The position numbers were made by a program, and so were the translations under genes. 64,000 nt of DNA from Ancylonema sp. (taxonomy: Eukaryota), in assembly GCA_050230475.1 (NCBI GenBank), contig JBFLGF010000004.1, positions 1-64,000 of the forward strand, given 5' to 3'. The notes under the pieces are model-generated. The model was given only the letters and a program-made list of their open reading frames with translations. It was not told the DNA's origin and did no database searches. Every line of letters starts with the position of its first letter. The first letter of the stretch is position 1. Shown one piece after another: positions 28,634 to 39,359 of this stretch.

Positions 28634-31600
28634 TCAAGTCCTAACCCCTCCCCACCGCCTCGTTTCCGCGTCTCCACTGAACAGCCCCGCCACAGCCACC
28701 ATAGAAACATACATGGCCGCGATCACATAGAACCAGAAATTGGGGTTCAAAACCGGGCCCTGCACGCTCGCCGTCCACGAGTAGAAGGAGGCGGAAATGG
28801 AGGGAGCCATGGCGCTGAACACCATGCTAACCGTTTGTGCCGCCCCGTTGACTGTTCCAAGATACTTGGGGTCGTCAACGCTGTTGGAGAGGAGGATGCT
28901 GACGGAAGTGAAAATGCATTGGGGGCAGCTGGTGAAGGGGGAGCGGGGGGGGGAGGGGGGGGGGGGGGAGAGGAAAAGGGAGGGATGAGGGGGGCGGGAA
29001 AACGGGAGTGGATGGGGGTGTGCTGATAGATCCTTTCCTTCTATTTACGTTTGGTTTGATTCCTGTTGTTGACATTATTATTTCGATGCATGATTGACTA
29101 CTCTCACAAACCGCTCTTCTTTATATTTTCTTTCGATTGTTTCTTGAGATGCTGAACAAGACATCAGAGTCATATACCATGTCAAAAGACGGACAGTTTC
29201 CAGTTTGCTGGTGAACAAAATTTTTGTACACACAGGAGGCAGCATTGCTGAAGGAACAGAAAATAAGTAATGTTATTACGGAAAAAAAACAATTTTTATT
29301 TTTCTTAAAAAACAACCTGTTTTGTCTCCACATATCCCATCCCGTGAACGGTTCCCGAAAGAAAAGCCACAAAAAAAACCACCCACCTTCTGAGCGCCAT
29401 AAACGCGGACGTTGCCAGCTGCAGTCCCAGCGTGTCCCTCCCAAACAGTCGCACCAGGGGGACGAAGATGAGCAGAACGCCAATGGAGGTGGCAATACGG
29501 AGGGCAGAAACGGCACCGACCCGGTTAACCAGCGGGGGGTACACAAACATCTGGAGGGGGATCTGTGACCACCAGGGGGGGTAGGAGGGGGGGGGGAGGG
29601 GGGGTGAGAAGGATTGGGGGGGGTGGGAAGGGGTCGAGGGTGCGTGTAGTTTGTGTGGGAACAGGTGTTTACGAGAGCCAGGCCGGATGTGACTTGCGCT
29701 GCTGCGATGCCATTGGTTCCGAAGGCGAGTCCTCCTAACTCCCAGGGGGTGATGCACCACAGGGGGAAGACCTGGGGGGGGGGGGGGGGGGGTTGTGTGC
29801 TTGTATTGAGGGAATGGATTGTACGTTTCTTTGCATGGGAATGTTGTGACAAGTGAAGATGTGGGTGGGTGAAGGTACATGTGGTGAGGGGAAAGTGCAT
29901 GTGAGTCACAGAGTCTATGAGTATGTGATTATGTGTTCTTTACGTCTTTGCGTTCTTTTTTTTGGTTTTTTTGTTTTTTTTTGTTTCTGTATTTATGTGT
30001 TTATGTATTTATGAGTTTACGTGTTTTTATGTTTTTGCTTTTTTTGTTTTGTTTTTCAGTTTTTGTGATTGTGTTTTCATGTTTTCATGTGTTTGTTTTT
30101 TTTTAATTATTATAAATTATTATAAGTGTTTTTTCCGAGTGTGTGTTTATGTGAAAGATGTATGTACAAGTAAGTGATATGTATCTTTACATGAGGTGGG
30201 TGCCCAGTTGATTGCGTGTCCGTGTGTTGTGAGCTGTAGCTGGAGGTCAAGGCACAAATAGTACACAAGGAGAAGAGGGTGTGGGATAGAAGGGATGGGA
30301 AGAGGAGAGGAGCTTCAATCTGTGGAGAGGAAGTTTCCTGGAAGCTACCTCTGTGAAGGCGTATGTGGTGAAGCTCAGGACGCTCAGCAGGGCGGACGCG
30401 ATCACTGGGCAGGAGAAAAGAGCAGAAAGAGGGCGGGCGTGAGTCGCAGGCCAGGTGAAAACAACAGACAGGGACGGGGACCCTCGCCCGGTCTCCCCTG
30501 CACGCCAGGTGAAGACAACAGACGGCACTCGGCAGACCGCACCCTGTTGTGTGTTTTTTTCACCTGTGTCCCTGGACAGCATGATTGCGAAGAATGATTT
30601 CTTCTCCTCCTCCTCGCCCCCCCCTTCCGCTGCCAGCAGGGGTTGGGTGAGGTTGGACGGAGACGCCCCAACCCCTTCACTCTTCTGCTGCGGGAAAGGA
30701 GTTGAGGGAAAATAAAAAATAAAAAATGAAAAATGAAAAATAAACATCGATCCGAATTGATAACAACACACGATTCCAGATTGCAAACAAACCATGAAAT
30801 ATGGAATATGGAATATGGATTAGGAAATATGAAATATGATATATGAAGTAGTAAATATGAGATATGAGATCAGAACTATAGCGAAAGCAAAATACATGAA
30901 ATGAAGTCTCCCCTTCTCCTACTACCAACTTGGAAACTACCCCCCCCCCCCCCCAACCTCCTCCTTGACTTCCGCCTCTGCAGTTGGGCGTGGGGAGGGA
31001 GCGGGTGTGAGTAGGCGGTTGGCAGAAACGGTTCCCAGGGTTTCTGGCAGAAGGAAGATGGTCACCAGCAGCCCCCCCGCGGTGATTATTGCCAGGGCCA
31101 GACAGGGCAGAAAGAAGGGGAAGGTGGCAAAAAGGGAGCCGGGGGGGAAGAGGGAAGGGTATTTGGTGGCAGGCTCAGAGAGGAAACCGCCCAGGGCGGG
31201 ACCTGGAGGGAGGGGGGAGGGGGGGCGGGATACTGATTTTGGGTGATGGGTGTTGGTGTTTCTGGGAATTTGGGGATGGAAGGGGGGGGGGGGGGCATGT
31301 CGTGTTTTCGTTTTAGGGCTACTGTTCTGATTGTGATTGAAGTTTTAGTATAAATGTTGTTGTGGTTTCTACTGCCATGATTCGGATTTAGCAATTATTG
31401 AGAGAAAATTGGAATATTGTCCATCCTTGTTGCCGTCATCATGACGTTTCCGTTGATACTGTGATATTCATACACTCATCACGTATGCATGCATTTCATC
31501 ATTTCAATGCGATGATTTCTGAAATAAAGAAATAGAACAGAAAAAACGGGAAAAAAATAATCTAAAAAATGAAACAGAAGTGAAGCCTGCCAAGTCTACA

Positions 31601-34600
31601 GTCCCCAGTCCCTATTATTTTAGATGTGGAAGGGTTGGGCTCATCTGTACGGACCAATCAGAAGGCCAGTACCGAACATGGTGCTCATCAGAGCAAACCT
31701 GGCAGGTGAAAACAACAGAATCCAGGTCAGTACCCGCATCCCTTGCCCTGAGATGATGACAAAGTGGGGAAAGGGAGACGAAGTGATATTTCATTTGTTG
31801 TAAAAACTTTGCGATAAAAAATGCACTCCTGAGAATGGACATGTGACTCAATTTGGTGATGATGTCAGCACATTTACCACCCTCCTCCACATCCCATCTT
31901 CCTTGAGGGGAAAAAAGAGAGAGCAAATGATAAAATATGACATAAAAATGTAAATGAGCAAATGCAAATGAGCAAATGAGAGAATATGACATAAAAATGC
32001 CACACGGTATTCCTACTACTACTATTATTATTATTATTATTATTATTATTATCATTTCTATTACTACTACTATTTTTATCATTAATATTCTTGACTGTGT
32101 TAGCAGTGATACAATTATTATCATTAAAAATATTTTACATCTGCATAATAATACCAAAAGTCAAATACTGATGCTAGTCTTTCCATTATTATCATTTTTT
32201 AGTATTTATCATTATGGATCATTGAGGGAATTCCCTTCCTCCTACTCTCACCAGCTTTCTACTATTATAAGTATCAATACTAACATAATTATTATTGCTA
32301 CTAAAATTAATAACACTTTTATTTGTATTATTTTAATTATTATTGGTATTATTATTATCGTTATTATTGTCATTGTTACTATTATTGAGAACAAAAGAGA
32401 AAATGAGAAACGGCAGATTTCCTTCCAGCCCCCCATTCTCAAACAAGCCAGCTGTCACACAAACAATCTTTTCCTTCCCCCCCCTGCGTTTCCTACATCA
32501 GTCAATCGCAATTCGATCCCAACCCTGCATCTGTCCATATACACATGCTTATATACTAATTTGTTATTTTGCGCATTGAAACATGTACACATATCCGCAT
32601 ACACATGTGTAGATATACAAATAAATATACATTATACTCATCTATACTATACATACTCAAGTATATTTACATGTATACATATTTTCATCGATACATATAA
32701 ACATATACATATATACGTCTGAACATAAATGCATATAAACATATACACGTATTCACATACGTCCATATATGCATCTAGAGAAGTATACAAGTATCCAAGT
32801 ATTTTGAAAGAGCCTCAGTCTTATCCCATTATTTCCTCTCGACTCATTGTCTACCCTACCCCTCTACACCATTCCCCCCCCTTCATAACGAGTCCCCCCC
32901 CATCTCCTACCCTCGAGCCTGCGTGGCCGGCCCACACAGCTCAGCAACCGTCCTGAGGGGGGGGGGAGGGGGGAGCAAGAAACACGGTTAACCCCTGATT
33001 CGAAGTAGCACTGGCTTTGAGATATGGAACAAATCGAGAACGGTGTCTTGTTTTGCCAGATTTGGCAATGTGGGAATCCTCAACGGCATCGTAATCTGCA
33101 ATGACCGTGGGTTTCTTGTCCCAATCTCTCATAATGTTTCAAGGCGGCTCTTCTACATACATATATATACATACTGTATACATTTACTATACATTTACAT
33201 TAGTACGTCTGTACATTATATACAGCATTCACACGCGCTGATACACGTTTTCAAGTATGAATGTGTAAACATAACGAATCTATACATGCACATGTACATG
33301 CGTGAACAAACATATTGACCTTTTCAATTTCAAACTACTTATTCTTTTCAATTTCAATCTACTTATTCTTTTCAGCCACTCTGATGTTTTGAAACTCACT
33401 TCTACCATATCGTACGCACACATAACAGCCCAAACAGATCATGATAAATAACCCCTTCAATAAAGAACCCCTTGAACAAATCACCACAGAAGGAGAAAGG
33501 GAAACCAAAAAAAGGAAAAGAAAAGACACCTCCCCCCCCCCCCTCACGATCTCCCTGTTGCAAGCACTGTTGAGAATAGTCCATTCACAAATCTGATAGC
33601 CATGGCGAACTCATAGGAGGGGCTGAGCCCAAACAGGATGGCGCAAATCAGGTTGGCCGTGATACCCGTTAACAAAACAGGTTTGCGACCGATTTTGTCG
33701 GAAAGGGCTCTGGGGATGGGGGGGGGGAAGGGGGCAGAGGGTTAAATAGGCTGTGTGGTGTTTTTTTTTTTTTTTTTTCCATCATCATTATCGTCATCGA
33801 CATCATCATCATGACTAGCATCATGATGATGATGATGAGGATGAGGAAGATGATCAGGAGGATGATGATGATGATATAGATGATGATGATGATGATGAAC
33901 CTTGCCTGAAGCTCAGTACTGGGTCCATTGACACTGAATGATTCAAGAATGAGTACATGTAGCTCGACCATATATTTTGTGGTCGGAAACACGGATGCCT
34001 TACAGACACTCACAAAACGTACAACTTTAGTAACAGTTTACGCATTTAGGGTTTTGCGGTTTTTATGGGTTGATGTCGGGGTTAAAGGACAGCTGGAATG
34101 CAGGTAGCAAGTAGCATGTAGCAAGTAGGTAACAATGCGGGAGTAAAGGAGGAGTACAATGCTTACCCCCATAGAGTGGAGGTCACCAGGGTCCCTACGA
34201 AGTAAGCACTGGCTAGATAACCGGCGTAGTACCTGGGGGGGTAGCCGGGTGGGAAAGAAGAACCGGAACTTGAGAATTTGAAGAAGAGGGAATGGGGAAA
34301 CGGGCAGGTGAAATGATTTCCGGGCAGACAGGCACAAAACAGAGAGTGTGGAATGAACCAACACGCAGATAAGAAGTGGCGAAAGTGATTTACAAATGTA
34401 TTTATTCAGGTAGGAGAAGAGAGGATTTCTGAAGTTCCGGAATACAAAGTATTCCGAAAGGATCCTGATACCGAATTCGGGATCCATACATTGCGCCATA
34501 ATCCCTGGTCGATACTCATTGTAACTTTTCATTCAGACATAGTAAGGTTCAGGAAAAGAGGATGCATGCACTTCCTGGCCGCAAATGCGCAAAATGGCCA

Positions 34601-34975
34601 CCTTTTACAAAGCAGATGTAATCTGCGCTAATTCGGTGCGACGTAACTGCGGCTTCTAAATAGCGCAGAACAGTCAAGATATGACAAGGAAATGGTCATT
34701 GGAGCAGGATGTCCGCTCATTTATCTGCGTTTCATGAGAAAATGCAATTTTTACGAAGATCTGATTGGGGCTGCAAATCTGAAGTTTGAAGCCGGTTACC
34801 CAAGCTTCGCTGGATCGTCCGTAACTCCGAAACTTTCCACCATAATCGCCGCAAAAGGAAACAAAATCGTCTGCGAAAGCGAATTCGTGAGGTACATGGA
34901 GCAAATGGAAAGGAAAGGACGCCATGGCAGAGTCCGTATTCCAGATCCAGGCGTGCCAGGAGGGGGAGTGGCCAT
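28634..34975 (-). CDS. ZIFL: Major facilitator superfamily transporter, ZIF/ZIFL-like (494 aa by my model)
   Basis: Eleven exons: 34975-34800, 34232-34167, 33709-33548, 32952-32911, 31698-31655, 31202-30958, 30687-30564, 30404-30349, 29771-29673, 29562-29387 and 28928-28634 (1485 nt, in frame). Motifs: ILFPFAAIMVESFG, GYYAGYLASAYFVG, MFS motif A WGALSDKIGRKPVLL, IGPALGGFLSEPATKYPSLF...FPFFLPC, LPETL, VFPLWC...GGL, LGTVNGAAQT. Confidence 0.9.
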
Positions 34976-36272
34976 ATTACTTGATCCTGCAAATGGCACG
35001 TGGGACGCCTATAAATGAATGGACGAGATAGTAATTGTCGAATAACGACAGACGATCTGAGCGGCAACGAGGCGACCGAGACTTGTCTCTCGAGCTCCCA
35101 GTTACGATTGAGCGATCCAAAATTGTTTCCCACTTTCAGCTCACACCTGACTGTTCCGGAGCTGCAAGGAATCAAAGAGATAAGGACGCAGGTCTATCTG
35201 TATGATTACACGACAGCACGGGACTCCCACTGTGCGTAGAACACGTGTCATGTCAGTAACACACGTGTGTGTATTTTTTCTGCACGTGCTTAAAAATGTT
35301 ATCTTTGTGCGGGGAGCCCGCAGCCCAGAGACCCCGATGCCCATGCATATGAGCCCGGGGCCCAAAGGGTGAAAAATTGCCAGTCTAAAATCCCTGCAAG
35401 GAGCTCAGACTCTGAGCCTCAGAGCCTCAGAGCCCAAAAAGAGTGAAAATAGTTCGGTTTCGGACGCGTCCGAAACGCGTCCCAGACCCGGACGCGTCTC
35501 GGACGCGTGCCTGACGCGTCCGGAGATCCCCGGACGGTCCGGGACGCAACTATAATAATCGTCTACACCACACGTATATGAGCGAGAAAAATTAAGACGG
35601 GGTCTACTGGTGTGAGGAACAAAAGCCAAAAACTCTTCAAAATCTCCAAGCACCCAGACGTTTACGTGGAACGCGCCCGGAAGTCGTCCACTTCCGGAAT
35701 CCTTGCGTTCGGGACGCAACTATGGATTATATCAAGCCATGAAGCTGCATGTTGTCGGATCACGATATTTTCTTCTCTTTGTAGGAAAAACTGAGAAGTA
35801 TTTGTCTCGTCGAGACTCCACAATGAAGAGATTGTAGAGTTGAAGGACTTCTTTTGTACAATTTTGAATAAGGCTTCAACTAGTAGAGCTTGGCCTTCAT
35901 GTCATAGAGACTTGTAAGATTGCACTGCATGTCTGCAAGCCCGGCTGATCTTTTCCTAAACTTGCAAGCATAGTGAAGTTCTTTTTTTGGGTCGCCACCT
36001 ACTGGTTCCACGTATTGGGTTTCTTGAGGCTTCAAACCAAATCAAACATCCATATAATTGTATCTTGAAAAAAAAAACAAAAACAAAAACCACATTATTT
36101 CAGATTATCAATCAATTATTTTACTCTATGTAGGTGAGAATGCAAACGAGTTTGCAAATCGCAACTATTCACTTCCAATCACATTCTGCTTCCTATTATT
36201 TGTTTACAGTCCGGCGTCATGCACAGACTAGAAAGCTCCATTATTCAATCTACCCAACTCAATGACTATAAA

Positions 36273-38814
36273 TTACTTTGGGTCTAAACTTTCCGAGGTG
36301 GACTCGTCACTAGATTCTAAATCAGCAGCAATGGGGACACTAGTTTCATTTCCTACTTTCAAGAAGTGCCATATGATCAATGCCACTATCCATGTGGCCA
36401 CAAACAAGCCAACTACCACGAATCCGACCACATTGAGATCTACACTAGCAAGCCACGACCACAAGTGGCCCGACCACTTCACCCTGTCTAGCAGAACCTG
36501 CAACAAGACACCTCAACCGTAAGCCAACAAAAGCCATACTTTATCAACAAAATTGCCAAGAAACAGATGTGCATTGTGTACAGCTAGCGATATCAAACAC
36601 TCTGGCACAAAGGAAAGGAGTGCATCGTCATTGGCCGGAGCAAGACGGACTTGGGAGAATTTAATACTCGTATTCATTACCGGACCGAATACGAATACGG
36701 ATCTGTATGATGATTAGTACGAGGACCTTCGCGGGCTCACCTGGATGAGCTCGAGAGAGCCGATTATCAAGGCCACAGCCACCGACAAGCCGGTAATGAA
36801 CAGATTGTAGTGCAGCTTACGCACAAGAGGCTCTGAGAATGCCCATCCATATGCGAAATTCATAAAAGATCCATCTAACGTATCCAACAGGGACATACCT
36901 GCACAAGGAAGTCCATGAGACCATCAAACAGCGCAGTTTCAAAGCTTGTCTTACGCCCAGCCCAGTTCGGGAGGCTCAGGTAGGACAATCGATGTGTACA
37001 AACATTTCCTTGTAGTTCAGCACCTCCGCACATCTGCATCCCTCCTCCCTCATTATCAGGAAGATCCTACTCTATCCTCAAGTATTCAGGAGCCCAAGAG
37101 CCCAAGAGCCCAAGAGCCCAAGAGCCCAAGAGCCCTGGCTTACCTGCAGCAAAGAGGACGGGTAGACAGAGGATGGCATACCAAGGGAGTCCACTCGTGG
37201 CTGCCCCAGCAGCGATGAACAGGAGGGCCACTTCTGTTGCCGTATCGAATCCGAGACCGAACAAGAATCCGAGAGGCAGCATGTGCCAAGGCTCTCTGTA
37301 TCAGTGATGAAGATATACTCAACCTCCGTCCACATACAAGATAAATCTTCAGGGTCCAGAGAAGAGGCGAGATCTTCCTCTTGCACAAATCTTCAGATCT
37401 CAGATCTTTCACCAAGCAACATGTTCTGACGAACAGCAGGCCTTGTATGCATATTGGCATAGCTGCGCCAACTGTCATAAAGGAGCACCAACTGTCTGAC
37501 ACTCATTGAAGCCGACAGGCTGAAACGGGAAACAGTGTGCGCAAATGAGGCAGGGCGCATCTAGTTTTTCCAAGATGAATCCTAACTTACGTCACTGCAG
37601 AGGAGACGCGGGCAAGGAGTCTATTCATAAAGCCACGCTCCATTAGCGTTCTCTCCAATTCGGCCTCATCAAGCAATCCTTTCTTCCTCTGCGAAATCAA
37701 CTGTACGAAGAGGAGCAGATTTCATGCCTGATTAGACTTTGATGGCGTCAGAATGACTGTATTATGATATATTATGACTATTATATAATAGTATGATGAA
37801 TATGTATAATTACATTTATACTAAGAATGTAATTATATTGTAATGTAGATATCAACGTTCAACGAATAACATACCAAATCATGAACATGTGTTTGTGTTG
37901 CCAGCATCTCCTGACATTTCACTAAGTACTCAGCTCCCTCAGTACTGCATATTGTAGCCTCAGAGAATCTGCGTGTAAGATGGACCGCACGTTCTTGAAG
38001 AACTATGATCTTAATCTGCATGCAAGAAGAATCAGACGGTCTTCTATTCTTCACTTCCTCTGCAAAACTTACTTTGTAAACCTTCAGGAAAACTACCAGG
38101 TTGATGATGCCAATGAGGTAGAGAAAGAACGCTGAGACAAGGGCACCAATCAGACCTGTGATATTGTGGAGCTGGGATGACTCTTGCTTGACCTGCAGTG
38201 GGATAGCGATAGACGCCCAGAGATAGAGAGCCCGGTGAGCCCGGTGTACATGAAACCACAGTCAAGTCTAGAACCTTCTGAACGATTACAAAAAGAAAAG
38301 CATAGTTTCATCCTTCCGACGGTGCGCTTACGCATCTCCGACAACTAAACAGCAATGCCACAGCTTAGCACGTGGGATGTGGAGGCAACTGACAGGTTTA
38401 TTCTTGTACCTGTGGTTTTCTTCGAAACGCCTCCGCATGATTCTGAAAATCTTGACCTACTGCATTCTGGAAGCTTTAATCATGCGGAGTAGTTTGGCAA
38501 GCAAAACTGGGAAGAATGGCACCTGCTATGTGGTCCGCATCGAAGGCGTGCCTCAAGCCCAGAGTATATGATGTGAGTCCAAGTCCTACACCAAACGTAC
38601 TTCCATCCTGAACTTTGTAGTGATGAGGGACAACAAAGAGGAGAAGAGTCGTCCATCCAGCTATGTGCAGGCTCGCGATCGCGAGGGTCAAACACGCAAG
38701 AACGCCCCATTCTGCAGGCTTCAAAGTCGCCTGTAACTTCTGGCACAACGATTCTAGGGGGCGGTTTGAAGGACATGAAGGACGTCGGAGTAGGGGAAGG
38801 GATTCCGCGTACAT
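36273..38814 (-). CDS. NiCoT-family (HoxN/NixA/NicT-like) high-affinity Ni/Co transporter, apparently with an internal deletion (339 aa by my model)
   Basis: Exons 38814-38523, 38155-38073, 37700-37591, 37295-37144, 36898-36741 and 36497-36273 (1020 nt, GT-AG, in frame). Signatures: LGLRHAFDADHIA, RGFMNRLL, PWHMLPLGFLFGLGFDTATEVALL, LPVLFAAGMSLLDTLDGSFMNFAYGWAFS, YNLFITGLSVAVALIIG, LNVVGFVVVGLF. Confidence 0.88.
37090..37136. repeat. (GAGCCCAA)n short tandem repeat in a NiCoT intron
   Basis: Five to six copies of the 8-mer are directly visible. Confidence 0.85.
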
Positions 38815-39359
38815 GTCGTCGCTTCAAGTTTCTCGTTGCAGCACTCGTTTCCTCGTTTCCTCGTTTTTTTTTTTTTTTAATTCCCCCCCTCCCCTCCAGG
38901 ACCAAGGATGTCCGATATCTAGCAAGAGCGTCCGTGCAAAATTGGATCCTTACATTTATGTACGGATCCAGATCGACCGCCAAAATTTGTTTTTTGTTGT
39001 CGGCCGGTAGAACCGGAGAATTGGAAGCTACCACCATCGCGGTGCGAACATCCCGGCGCGGTTAAATCTAAGAAGATTAGCCGGGCGGTTACGGTTCTGA
39101 CCACAAACAAGTTTGGCGCCAAAATTTGATGATGGCAGGGGGACTCGATGCCACGGGTGAAGAATTATTCAGTGGGGGGCAGCATAGGCCGGGAATAGGC
39201 TTATCTTCTGCGAGAAACTACAAGTTTCGGATGATACTCTTGCTGACAATTGAGCTGAGTTGCGACTTTCCGTGTGGGGAAGATCTACTGTGGCTGCCTT
39301 CTCCATGAGCGCTTAGAATGTTGCCTGATTGACTTGCAGCTTTCACCCATGCCGGGGCG

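Noticed and set aside
36273..38814. Bacterial contamination as the source of the NiCoT gene
   Set aside because: It has five phase-consistent spliceosomal introns and is contiguous with eukaryotic genes.
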